Shown here: positions 37,316 through 50,162 of the stretch, piece by piece
How the letters are laid out: the number at the start of each line of letters is the position of its first letter
Numbering within the stretch: position 1 is the stretch's first letter
Translations under genes and position numbers: made by a program
Notes under the pieces: generated by a model
The model's input: the letters and a program-made list of their open reading frames with translations, nothing else
What the model was told of the DNA's origin: nothing
The model's database searches: none
Origin: Utricularia gibba
Taxonomy: Eukaryota; Plantae; Magnoliophyta
Reading direction: 5' to 3'
Length of the DNA: 64,000 nt
Assembly: GCA_002189035.1 (NCBI GenBank)
Contig: NEEC01000008.1
Location: 868,001-932,000 of the forward strand

Positions 37316-38320
37316 GAGGAACATGCAAATGAAATTCCTTCACATTCCAAAAGTAGTAGTCTTGGATCCCGAATCTGAGATCCTCTACAAACGCTTGAGA
37401 GAGCAAAACAAGAGGTTATAGCGCCTTCGACGTCGTTAACATAGAATTCTAGAGACATGAATTGCATACCCCAGTAGTGCGAAAGGGTAACCCCGGCACA
37501 TATTTCGTGGCAGCGAAGATTCCGAGATCATGTGCTAGGGTATGGCGATGCATAACGCAGTCACGAAGTGTGTCACCGTCGCACACCGATGACTCATGTA
37601 GGAGAAGGGTGGCATCCACATCATGGGAGAAGTGAAGCCGCTTCATAGAAGGAGCAACCATACCGATAGCGAAATACCAAAAACTACATTGGTCAAAAAC
37701 TATTTCCGTCAATCCCTGCAAATCTTCTCCGTGAAAGTAAAGAGAATGTACGCAGTAACACCATCTGAGGTTCAAAACTGGCAATGACTTGCAACTGCGA
37801 AAAATATTGTCGGCCACATCCTGTACCAAGTGAATGCACTCGAGCTTCAGCTCCTGCAAATTCACAAGTGGGTTGGGGTAGATCCTCAGCAGCACAAGGA
37901 TGCAGTTCGTCAAAGATAGGCTTCTCAATTTATTCGAAACGGGAATGATTCCAAGATGGAGGGGGATGGGCTCCTTTGACGGATGCAAGTCCAGACAAAT
38001 TTCTTCGAAACCGAGGCTAGCAACTCTTGCTACCCAGGAAAGCACAAGATCCTGATTCCATGTTGCATCGAACACAGTTCAAACCTACGAGCACCAACCC
38101 CAGAGTGACTGAAGATAGTATCACTGGTGATCATCTTCATCAACTAGTCATTGTGTAGCCTTGAGCGGAAGGCTTCATCCAAGGAAACATCATGATAGAA
38201 CTTGAAAGCATCCATGAATCTCTTTGAAAACTTGGAGATTACGTAGACCTTGGTTATCGGCAAAAGAGACAGAATTCTTTCGATAACATCATCGAGCATG
38301 TCCATAATCTTGCGATCCAT
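37316..38320 (-). pseudogene. F-box/LRR (FBD-type) pseudogene or truncated gene
   Basis: MDRKIMDMLDDVIERILSLLPI...SKFSKRF F-box-like start, LRSLSLTNC, LQELKLECIHL, LPVLNLRWC LRR-like segments; stop and frame breaks; runs into the LTR junction. Confidence 0.7.
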
Positions 38321-38429
38321 TATCCCTAAATAGGAAAACTTGATTCCTTCCCCCGATTCCTTTGAGACAAACAAACAACTTTGTATGTGTACGAATACAA
38401 TTCAGACATTTTAATATTGTAGACTAGTA

Positions 38430-39390
38430 TTATGCATTGATGCAACACATCTTTATGATTGGTACGAATACAAATTACTTGTATGTGTTGATATTGATAA
38501 AAATAAGTGTTTTTGTTCATTGCATATACCTTTATACCAGAAAAATTTGGGGATCAGGACTTGGTTTCTTCAACAACTTAATGAAAATGGTTTTCAAGCA
38601 CATCAGGATGTCTGTTTCATAAGTAATGGAGGATTAGAACTCATAGCAGTATATAAAGTACATTCTTTGAATCATTGTTGGTGCGTTTTCCACATTCGTA
38701 AAAATGAAATTGGTCGTATAGGATCAAGATCGTTGGGTATTTCTGAAAACAGCACAGTGCAATTACAATCCTGCAATGAAACAAATTCAAACTAAATCCC
38801 AAAAGTTTCATAATTACTTTGTCGATATTGGTAAAAAAATATGAAATTTAATTTATGATCTTGATAGAGCTAGGTGTATGACAATTTTATTAATTATAAA
38901 TAACTAATTTTTTTTCATAATTACATTTGATTATTTTTTATCGGCACATCATTATGATAACAAACCATACAAAGGCAACAAATTGTGTTTTACAAGGTGT
39001 ATGCCGTCATTCTCCAATGCAAATAACAAAGGTATATGATAAGGTAACTATACTCGTATTGCTGAAATGGCAATTGCTAAGTAAAAATTTATGTATAATT
39101 TACTTTTGAAAAAGAACAAGAATACTTTGAACGATATAGAGAAGATGCATGTTAAAGATATTCACAATGTATACCATATGGACATCGAGTGAATGATTTG
39201 TATAATAAAGCATCATAACAAATACAGATACTTCGCTGTACAACCTACAATTCGAGGAATCTTATTGTTCATATTACATCGATGAGAACTCATTCAATTT
39301 CCACATTCAAAGTAGATGTCATGAATAATGAATGTGAATGTGGAATTTGGCAACTCCACATCTATGCATGTTGTCATGCACAAAATGTAA
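38430..39390 (+). mobile_element. Degenerate MuDR/Mutator transposase remnant
   Basis: IDATHLYDWYEYKLLVCVDIDKN...TWFLQQL...CFISN...NHCWCVFHIRKN matches the MULE DDE core; VDVMNNECECGIWQLHIYACCHA is a SWIM zinc finger. Confidence 0.8.
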
Positions 39391-39399
39391 TTTTATATT

Positions 39400-39894
39400 T
39401 TTTTTTAATTATATATTTTGAAGGGTTCTTCTATGTGGGCCCACATAAATATTATAAAAAGAGGCACACGATTGATGACATTAGCTAGAGAGGATTGATG
39501 TCATGGGTCAGGGGTTGGTGGTTTAGCAGGGAACACTTCCCCATGAAGTATCGAATCTCATCCAATCCCAACAAAAGCTCGTAGCATTTGAGATGTTTTT
39601 AAGTGAGTTCGATAGAAATTCAGTTTACAAGTGTAGAATAGAAAAGGAGAAAAATAGTATATTTTACTATTCATGTTTCTCGTCCAATAGAGTTTTATGA
39701 GAAATGATAAAAAAAAGAGAATAAAATCTAATAGTTTATCAGAGTAAATTTCTTTGTATTTATTGTAATAAATAGTAAATTTTTCTCGAAGTTTGGTGTG
39801 GACCTTATTTTGAGATGAATCACGTTAAATCTCAGTGTCTATTTTCTTGATTTTTACGGTCAAAATAATTGTCTGGTATCAATTGCGCACAACA
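39400..39894 (+). mobile_element. Probable degenerate solo LTR
   Basis: TATAAAAAGAGG, the U5-like GTGGAC...AATCACGTTAAATCTCAGTGTC motif and a terminal CAACA. The left boundary is not clear. Confidence 0.45.
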
Positions 39895-41575
39895 TATTTT
39901 TGATTTTATCTCATAATATTTAAATATGTAAGCCAATCATTTTCGAATCAATCCAAGGGATAAGACATCCATTTATTTTAAAACTTCCACATTGATGAAT
40001 ATATATGTAGCCCAATTTTATTCTTTATGAGATGAAAAAGATTGGGTTCCATTATTATTTATTCTTTCTGTTGATCCATCTCGTCTCCGAACTTAGGTTG
40101 GACGAGATACGACTACACGACATAAAGGTCTAGTTGATTTCCAAAGGTCACGGAGGTGTGGTCATCGAACCAACAAGTACATGATCCTAAAAATATTTTT
40201 ACACAAGATCCAAAAATATCTCAATTAATTAGGATATGTTCAGATAATCCTAAAAATGATATATCCACATACACTCATGATAACATTTAGTTAATAGGAA
40301 GACGCCATCCTCAAACTCGACCTATGTTTGATGAGCTGGACACAAGATGGCACACGAATCTTCTATATATTAATATCCAAGCAATACTAACTTCAACATT
40401 TCGACATTCATTATATATGTGGATATCATCGTCTCCTCCCATTCCTATAACTCATATGGGTAGATATTCTTTATTAGATGCCTCACAATCCGTATAACAT
40501 TCGTTGATACTTGTTTTAAATCCATTTGCATCTACATCAAGATTAGCTCTATAGTTTACTTCGTAGAGTTATTCCATGTTTTTTACGTTCAAAATCTAAT
40601 AATAATAATTGGTATTGCTTTATTTAAAGTAATTATGAATTCTGTGTAATATTTGTTGTATTGTAAAAAGGTTGAAAAATTTGATTTTATTTTTATGAAA
40701 TTTATTTAGCATTAATTAATGTTATATAATCTTAAATTATTTGATAATTATCTAGTATAAAATAAATATAATAAATAGTAATAAAAAAATATGTCAAATA
40801 TGAGTTTTTTTAAAATAAACATAATATTTTGTTTTTATTCAACCACAATAATAGGATTATTAAAATTTGAAATATTACTAATTTTTATTATATATATTTG
40901 ATATAATAATTTTAAAACATATATTATTTCAAAATACTGTTAATTTATGTTATATGGATTTGAAAATTATATTTTTTAAAAAATATGTATTGTTTTTAAA
41001 TATATTGTAGCTTTATTGTAATAATTGAAAATAAATTCTAGTTCATAATATATAATATTGTTTAAAATTATAAAACTAATAACTGAAAATATTAAATGAA
41101 ATTTAAAAATTAATTATTTTTATACTTTAGGTATTTTACAAAGACATCAATAAAAGTATAGATAAATTTTAAATAAGATTACAAACTCAGGTATTTGCAA
41201 ATTAAATGGGTGGTCACACATGTAGATTGCAAATTTAGCCAGCACGCAACACTTATGGAGGGGATTCGGTGGTGTGGTGTGCTCATTAATGGGGCTGAAC
41301 TGCAAAATAGGTTTGATGGGGGGCATTATTTTAATTATTATTTATTGATAGGGGTCGGTGCCCACGTGCCTTGATTCCGGTCAACAACAACATTTCTCTC
41401 CCGCCCCCCTACCCCCACCCTCACCCCCTGGCGCATGTTAGCCAACCACCTCCGCCTTTCGGATCTCGATCCATTTCATCTTTTTACCAGTCAGGCGCTC
41501 TGGGGGAGGGGAGGACGTCTCCGTCTCACTCACTCCATCTTTACCTTCTTCACTCGCCCCTGCGCACATTAGCAA

Positions 41576-42437
41576 ATGGAACAACGACCCAGAAGGAATG
41601 CTGCTGACGCCCCCAACAACGGTCCGCCGCCGTCTCGGCATCCACCTCCAGATCCCACCCCCACCGCCCAACCCTCTACAATTCAAAACATCTCCCATCG
41701 GTTTTCGAAGCTCTACGCTGCGAATCGTCGGCGAATTGGGCTTCGACCTCACCCGATTCCACATCCCCAACCCGACCCAGAACCTCTCAAAACCACAATC
41801 GCCGACAACTCCTGCGCAATTTTGACGAAATCCAGCAGCCAACATGAGAGGAAAAACTCCAGAGTGAAGATTAGGGACAAGAAGCCGAAACCCGCGAAAA
41901 GGGATTTGGCCCAGTTGATGTTCAAAGACCTGGAAGTCGAAGAAAGCCCCGAAGCTGAACCAGGGGTGGTTCCCGCATCCTCGAACCCATCTCCATCTAT
42001 CAGTTTCCCTTTCGGAAGGAGATCATTCTGTAGTTCGCAAGCTGAGATTACCGAGTTCTTCTCTTCATCCGGTGCCAAAACTCTGGCTGCGGATATGCCT
42101 CCCTTCATGCAGCTCCACGCAGTTGATTGCGCCAGAAAAGCTCTCGACAGCTTGGAAAAGTTCACCTCCAAAACACTGGCTTTAACCATCAAGAAGGTGC
42201 AGCACTCCCACTTCCTGAAATCCTCAAAATCAACACTTGAAACTGAATTCTCCGTCCTTACTTTTCTTTCCTGTGGTACAGGAGTTTGATGCAGTTTATG
42301 GTCCTGCCTGGCATTGCATCGTAGGGACAAGCTTCGGGTCATTTGTGACACATTCAGTGGGCGGTTTCATCTACTTCTCCCTGGATCGGAAATTTCACAT
42401 CCTTCTCTTTAAAACCGCTGTACAGAGAGCAGAATAG
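41576..42437 (+). CDS. Dynein light chain LC8-like protein with long N-terminal extension, 2 exons
   Basis: [19 protein letters not shown]...LALTIKK|[33 protein letters not shown]; intron 42197-42281. Confidence 0.9.
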
Positions 42438-42934
42438 CTAGGCACCTTGTATTGAGGATTCATTGTTGAAATTGTCTGATCCGAATTCCCCACGTGTCTT
42501 AATCTCATAACATTGATATAAAAATCGAATCTTTGGCAAAACTACACAAGAAAAGTGAAGGGAGGTGGAGTTCTAGTGGAGTGGGGTGTTTTGGACAGGG
42601 GCCAATGACAGCAGAAGGCCAGATGCGCTTTTGAATTTGAATAGCCGTTGGGAGAACAGAAATGAGGATTGGTAAGCGCGGCAAAGGAAGAGCTGCTTGA
42701 TTGATAGGAACGAACAAGGGAGACCAAGGGCCTTGCTTTTTGAATCTGCATGTGTTGCAGATGCATGTGACGGTCAGTTTTCCAAAACAACAAAAAAGGA
42801 AACCAGATTAGGAGACTGGCTAGTTCTAGTTCTGCAGGTAAAGCTTGCGGTTTTGTATGATCCAACCCGGATTGAACCAACTGGACGTCAAAACGGCAAT
42901 GCCATGATGCGCATTAAAGCCAAAAGTTACCTTC

Positions 42935-44569
42935 TTATGTTTCACGAACACGATCACGCCAGGAGCCTTTCTGCTGCATCGCAACAATCTGCAGATCAAC
43001 AAGTTCAATGATAGAAAGAGCAAGGGTGATTTTCAGGGACATTCATAATCTAGTAACCTGGTTGCTCAGGAGACTCGAAATTGATGACTTTGCACTGTTC
43101 TCGTCTCTGTGAGCGTCACTTTCTGCATCTTCGTTCACTGCTGCAGGGAGAGGAAATGAAGCGCCTCCGAAAATTGCTTCATCATGCACAGTCTTGATTT
43201 CTTGTTCCCGCCTCGCCTTCACATAAAGAGGCGGCGCTTCCAATAAATCTAGAGTTTACAACGGATTGCAGAGGGCGAAACGAGGCCTGGGATAACACAC
43301 CTCAACAGCAGAGAAGCGAAAGCTTTGTCCCATGTGCTTGACTACTGCTGCATCATCTTCAGCAGCTGTCAACACAACAGCATGATTAATAACCATATGA
43401 ATGATTCTACACCATTATAATCGGGGCGTTTCATGTAGAGAAACATATGCTCAAGACGGCAAAGGAATATCTACTTCTCAAAATACGCAAGAGGGCAGCA
43501 CTTGAGGCCAATGAAGATTTTACTCGGCTTCCATAAAATGGGATGTATCAGGAATAACCTCACCTTCAACTTCCTCATCGTCGAGAGGAGCATTTTTATT
43601 GAACTCAAAGCGCTCCCAACCAGACCCTTTTCCAAGTGTTTCATCATGTTCAGCTGCGACGAATGAACAGTCAGAACTTCCCAAACCATCATAAGAGAAT
43701 GCTAAATTATGGTTTTTTGTACCAGTTTCTGAAAGCTGAAGCTTCATCTTTGCCTTAACTCTCTGAGCGGGTGTCTGTGTAGAAGAGATAAAATAAAAAG
43801 CGCTCTAACTACATCTCCGCTTCAGTGGAACACAGAAAAAATGACATGCTGCGGCAAAATCTCGAAGTAAACAGCAACAGAAATCTTTTTCAGGTCAGTA
43901 TGCAGGACTAGCCAGTTCAGAGTGAAGTAGGCAAGGGAAGCAAAACTAAAACCTTAAAACAAGGGTTGTTTCAATCACTCGCAAGATAACACTAACCATG
44001 GAGTCGTAGCCTTCAATTGACTTAGCATAATCGATGGCATTGCCGCTTCGAAGTTTATCCTTTTTTCTAATCTCTTCCGGCGACCGTTTCCTTCGAGTTC
44101 TATCTCTATTCCTATCTCTACTCCTACTTCTAGACTGATGCCTACCACCCTTTTCTCGACTCCTGGATCTCCAGGATCGCCGTTCACGGCTCCTGTGCCT
44201 AGAGCCCCTTTCCCGGCTACGGCTCCGACGAATTCTCCGGCTATCTCTGCCCCTATCCCGGCTTGCACTCCGACTCCGACTCCGACTTCGGCTTCGGCTT
44301 CGGCGGCTTGATTTTTCCCTTTCCTTAGGCTTTTTGCTAAGCTTGTTGTGAATAGACTGAAGCTGGGCACGCTTTTCGAACTCCGAGGTTTTCGATGGAC
44401 TGGAGGCCTTGACAAAAGAACCGAGCAAGGACGAGGAAGTCGGAAGCGCAGAACCCCTAGATGGCGGTCCCTCTTGAGAGGAGAATCCGAGGCCCTGTTT
44501 AAACCGCGCGGCTCCGCCGCCCCGGCGCGTCAGATCGTCGTAGTATTCAGCCAATTTCTCATCCTCCAT
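42935..44569 (-). CDS. Conserved plant Arg/Ser-rich protein (putative splicing-related), multi-exon
   Basis: MEDEKLAEYYDDLTRRGGGAARFKQGLGFS, long RS tract, |TPAQRVKAKMKLQLSET|...GSGWERFEFNKNAPLDDEE|...|IVAMQQKGSWRDRVRET*. Confidence 0.85.
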
Positions 44570-46780
44570 CGACGGCAGCGACGAACGGAAGAATTTCGTT
44601 AATTCCTTCTGTAAATTAATAAAAAAAACAAAATAGAAACTATTGGGCCCGGACAACCCGAAAAAGACGACAGCTGGGCCGGACGGTCGAGGATTCTCAT
44701 TCCACCTTTCTTTTTTAACACCATCGCAATTATTATTCACAGTGATAATTACCTGTCTTAATTACTAAATAAGGAATAATCACAACCATTATCTTCACGG
44801 AAATTACTCAACTACCCCTGATTCATTTAAGTTTGTATAATTTGTATATCGAACGAATCAACATGAATAATTATGATTATATTTGTATATTTAAATTTAT
44901 AAAACGTTAAATTTGTTCATTTTTATTTATTTAAAATTTATGATCATTTACAAACATATATATATTTATATATATTGATTATATTTACTTATTTTTAAAA
45001 ATTAATTAAAAATATTTAATAATTTTATATAACTTTTTGATAGATATGTTTATAATAAGATATATATTGACTAAAGTAATTTAGTATCAATTTCGGAAAA
45101 CGCAATATACTTTCTCAATTACTTTACAACTATTGTTCTATTATCATAATTATTATATTTAATTCAACATATATACATTTATTTTTAAATTAAATAATTA
45201 CATACATAGAAAATACTTATAATATATAAAATATCATAAATTACCAAACATTTATCTACGACACTCAATCAGCAATACAAAGTAGCATTTTTATATGTTT
45301 CAATCCAAAAATAATTGAAAATGATCTATAAGTCTACTATTAGGAGTAGCCACATATGTTATAAAAAGAATTATAATATATTTATAAATTTGATTAAAAT
45401 CATATACTTAGATTGTTTATTTTTTAGTAAATCAAAATATTAAAATTTTGAGTCAAAGATAAAACAAAATCGAACATAATGGAACGCAATCAAATATTGA
45501 TTTTGTTTGTATTTTTATTAATTGATACTATTCAAAAAGAAATATATAATTTTAATCAATATTAATGCAATTGGAATACGAATTGTTTGTTTGTTATAAC
45601 AACCATATATAAGATCATATGAAACAAAGAATTTTGATTTTATTTTAGAAGATTAATAACATAATCTGTATGAATAATCCTAAATCATAGGAATAGATTA
45701 AATCGGTTTAACATATAATTGAACCAAGATACCCAAGAACTCTGCCCCTCGATGATGCCGGTGATGTTGGCCGGAAGGGCCGGGACTACGGCGGCGGCGA
45801 TGTCCTCCATTATAAGCCTCCTCTCACCTTTATTTATATTATCCAACTATAGTGTTATTAAAATTAATATTAATTTTTATAATCGGAATGTTGGAGAATT
45901 GTTAATTAAAGGCATTTTAATAAATGAGAATTATCATGAAATTACATAATTTATTAAAGGAAATAATGGGATGTAGATTACTAAAGAAGCGATCCAGCCA
46001 CTAACGGATAATTGTAAAAAAAAAGAAGAAAGAAAGAAAGCACACGTTACTGGAAAAATCCTGGGTGTATCCGAAGAGTCAAGATACGGTTAAGCTAAAA
46101 AAATCAACTTTTGTGCAAAAAAAGATTGCAATTAAATATGAAGTGGGTGATCAGATGCTTGTAAGCCACACTGGCGACTGTTGATAGCATCCAGATTCTG
46201 GAAGATCATATTCCCACTACCATCGCGAAAGCTACTTGGGATTCACCGGAAGGTTGGGTCTGTTGAACAAGTCAAAACCAGCAGACTTGTCGAGGGAATG
46301 GAGATGAAAATAGGATTTTTGACCGGAATCGACAACGACAAGTGAAGCTGGGTAATGATGGAGGATTGGGTTTGCTGTAAGTCAAATCAATTTCGTGAGA
46401 TCCTCACAAATGTTTTGATCAGTCAACCGAATGAAATGAATGAATGGGCACACCTTTTTTTACTTGCCCCTTCGCTCCGTTTACCCTCTTCCAGTAAAAG
46501 TTAGATACCCCTTGGATTTTTCTTCGCACCCTTTCCCAGGCGGATCTTGCAATGGAGATGTCGTATGACGAGAAAAAGAAAAAGAATGCCAAGTGGGGTG
46601 TTGTGAGGGTGGCAGGATTCTCTCAAGATTTGATTTTTATTTTTCGCGTCTCCCCTCTCTCCTTTTCAGTTCATTTACCAGAACTGGATCCGATCTCTCT
46701 TTTCTCTCTCTGTAATCTTTGCACATTAACCAACTCATACCCTCTCTTCCCTTTAAAATTGTCCATCTTTATAAACGTAG

Positions 46781-47676
46781 ATGGAGATCTCTCAAGTGAA
46801 TAATCAACGGAGTCTTTCATCTCCATTTCATCCTGCTGCGGAGAAAAGAATGGCCCAAGAATTCCACGTTCTTGCTGTTGATGATAGTTTTGTGGACAGG
46901 AAGGTGATTGAGCGTCTGTTGAAGGTCTCTTCTTGTAAAGGTGCCCCACTTTTCCAGCTTAATTTTGATGGAAGCCTTGAGTTTTAATCCCCAATTCTTT
47001 TCAGTTGGATGTTTTCTCCGTTTGCTGATGGGCTCTTTTTTTTTTTACTGCTTGCAGTTACAGCTGTGGAGAGCGCCGGTAGAGCTTTGCAGTTTCTTGG
47101 CTTGGATGGAGAGAGGAGCCCTGTCGAGTTTGATGTAAGATAGGAAGAAAACAGTTTCTCAATTCTGGAGGTTCTATTGCTGAGTTTCCGGCTGTTTTGT
47201 GCAGGAATTGAAGGTCAATCTCATAATCACGGACTACTCTATGCCTGAAATGACCGGATATGATCTTCTTAAGAGGATCAAGGTTCGTGTTTCTGTTCGT
47301 TTGTTTTACAATCCTTGATTCGGAGTGACTCAGATGTTGGAATTCGAATCCTTTGCAGGGATCAAAGAAACTGAAAGAAATACCCGTTGTGATCATGTCT
47401 TCAGAGGACTTTCAACCTCGAGTAAGCCGATGTTTGGAGGAAGGGGCTGAAGAATATCTCGTAAAACCAGTGAAGCTCTCAGATGTTGTTAGATTGAGGG
47501 ACTTCATATTAAGGGAAAAGGCTCCTCCTCCTCCTCTTCAGAGGGAGCACGGTTCTAGTAAGAGGAAACTGAGAGACGAACCTCCGACCGGCGTTTGTTC
47601 ACCCTCCACCGGCTGCGATCACCGCCGGTCTTTGCATTCGCCTCTTCCTAAACGCCGAAAAATGGTTCAGCATTGA
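46781..47676 (+). CDS. Type-A cytokinin response regulator (ARR)
   Basis: [36 protein letters not shown] (phospho-acceptor Asp), [27 protein letters not shown]; short C-terminal tail and no GARP domain. Confidence 0.95.
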
Positions 47677-48125
47677 ATCGGATTGTGATCGCCCCTGCAT
47701 CTCTCTCGTTTTGTGGGTGTGGAGGATGGAGGAGATCAGTGGTACTGGTCATGGTTTTGTAAATGGTGACATCGTCTTCTTGTGTAGGTGTACTTGTAAC
47801 CCGGTATTTTTGAAATATTTGTTCATGGATTCAGACATCGTTTTCTGCTTTAACCTTTGATTTGATTTCTTGTTCAAATTGGTACGAATCAATCTGCGTA
47901 GGATCATCAGGGTTACGGTTAAAAGTGCACACCCCTGCGTGTACGCAAGCTCTCTCTCTCTCTATATATATCGTATGTATGTGCATGGTTGAATGGGACT
48001 TCTGCGGCGGACTCTGCGCGGCATTGAATCTTTCTTTACGCAATGTAAAGATTCCATCTTCTCACCACTCAACGCGTAAAAACTCGTCAATCGGGAATCA
48101 ATCGGAGGAACAAAGGAAACCCACA

Positions 48126-49882
48126 ATGGAAAAGGCGCCGCAGCCACGGCGTCCGACGGCTGAACCCCTAGAAATAGACCCACCACATCGCGCAGGGGCC
48201 GTCGGCGCCCGGAAGAAGGGTTCTTGGGTACGTTCGTGGCTGTTGGTGGAGCAAACTGGTGAAGTACGCCTGGTCGAGGCCGGAAAACATTCAATCATGC
48301 AGCGAACCGGCATCCCGGCAAGGGATCTCCGGGTTATCGACCCCGCTTTGTCGCACCCATCAACGATTTTGGGTCGGGATCGTGCGATCGTTGTCAATTT
48401 GGAGCACATTAAGGCGATTGTCACTCACCAGGAAGTAATGTTCTTGAATTCAAAAGACCCATTGATGAGCCCACTCGTTGAGAAACTTCAGGGGATTTTT
48501 CATCATCGGTATTCCAATCTATCCACCCAGGTTTCAATCCCTATTGCTGTTGATATACTTGATTGCCTCTTATGCTGTGCTGGAGGACTCTGGTTTCTCG
48601 TTTTAGTGCATGATTCTGGTATGTATCTCACTGAAGGAGGCTGGGGTTAGCTGTAGTAACATTGTGGGATCAAACATGGATGAGCAGCAGATAAACGCTG
48701 GTGGAGGGTGGCAAGTTCCAGAGAATGCAAATGAAAACCAGCTTCTCCCATTTGAATTCGTTGCATTGGAGGCCTGTTTTGAGTGTGCTTGCAGCACCTT
48801 GGAGAGTGAGGTGAGTAGCTATCGTCTTCCTCGAATCAATTCCATGGAACTCAAACTGCATCTTGGCATCACATTGCATCATTGTCTGATGAAAAGGCAA
48901 CAAGAATGGAGAAAGAAGCTCACATTGCACTGGATAAGTTGACTTCAAAGATCAGCACCCTTAATCTGGAGCTCGTTCGGAATATAAAGAGCCGGTTAGT
49001 CGCCCTAACCGGACGTGTACAAAAGGCATGTCGAGTCCCTGTGATCCTCCTGTTCCATGGCTTATATTACTGTTTTCTTGTAGCTTATCTTCTGTTTTTG
49101 CTTCGTTTGTGAATTATGATGTGTTGGGAATAGCTTCTCTACTCGGGGTGTCGTCGCGCAGGTGAGGGATGAGCTTGAGAATCTGCTAGATGACGAAAAA
49201 GACATGGCGGAGATGTATTTGACAGATAAACAGGAACACCAACGGGAGCTCGAAAGTGCCTCCTCTTTCTCCATACACGACGAAGATATCAGTGATGAAG
49301 AAGGCACTCTCCCTCTAGACTTGCAGAACAGGTTTGTGCAAATTCGTCTCCGTTTTCGAGCTCCTCCTGCTGATCTCCTGCAACGCAATCACATCGTCTC
49401 AGGCAAAATTCCGGGAACCCTGAAAAGGCAGAATACAGCGCCCGCACAGAGAGTTCTTCAATCAACGTGGAAGGACTGGAGATGATTTTGGAAGCATACT
49501 TCGTGCAGATCGAAGCCACGGTGCATAAGCTCTCCAATGTAAGCCACCTTCCGTCTTCTTGCCATCAGATGATCAACTGCCGTCTGACATGGCGATACCG
49601 CAGTTGAGGGAGTACGTGGACAACACCGAAGATTACATCAACATAATGCTGGATGACAAGCAGAATAAGCTGCTGCAAATGGGGGTGCTGCTGAGCACCG
49701 CCACGATGGTGACGAGCGCCTTCGTAGCCTTGACCGGATTATTCGGCATGAACATCCACATCGATCTTTTCGACTCCGGCATGACCCAGTTCGTCTCCAC
49801 CGTCGCCGGAGGTGCCATCGGAAGTCTGCTGATATTTTTCGGCCTCGTCGCCTGGTACAGATCCAAGAAGCTTCTACAGTAA
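48126..49882 (+). CDS. MRS2: MRS2/MGT (CorA-like) magnesium transporter
   Basis: IPARDLRVIDP, RDRAIVVNLEHIKAIVT, LPFEFVALEAC, VRDELENLLDD, EMILEAYFVQI, EYVDNTEDYINIMLDDKQNKLLQ, LFGMNI (GMN motif). Confidence 0.93.
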
Positions 49883-50106
49883 CTGGTGCCGAATCGCCTC
49901 GGATCCTTTTTTTAAAAAAATTTGTTTTTAAAGAAAATATTATAAAATATTACGAGGAGGACTTGTTATTTACTGAAGTGCCCTCGTTCGACACGGAGGC
50001 TGAGATTCGGTGGCGGTTTTTTCGGATTCAATCTCCCGCTCAGCTGCGCGGGCTGATTTTTTAAATTAGATGAAAGCCCTTTTCCCATGCCGCCGGCGAC
50101 ACGGTT

Positions 50107-50114
50107 ATTGGCGC
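50107..50114 (+). promoter_or_regulatory. E2F-binding site upstream of the DEL/E2Fe gene
   Basis: ATTGGCGC fits WTTSSCSS and lies ~50 nt upstream of the ATG. Confidence 0.5.
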
Positions 50115-50162
50115 CGCTCGACGATCATATTTTACCGTCTGAATCCGGTTTTTTCGGCTTAG

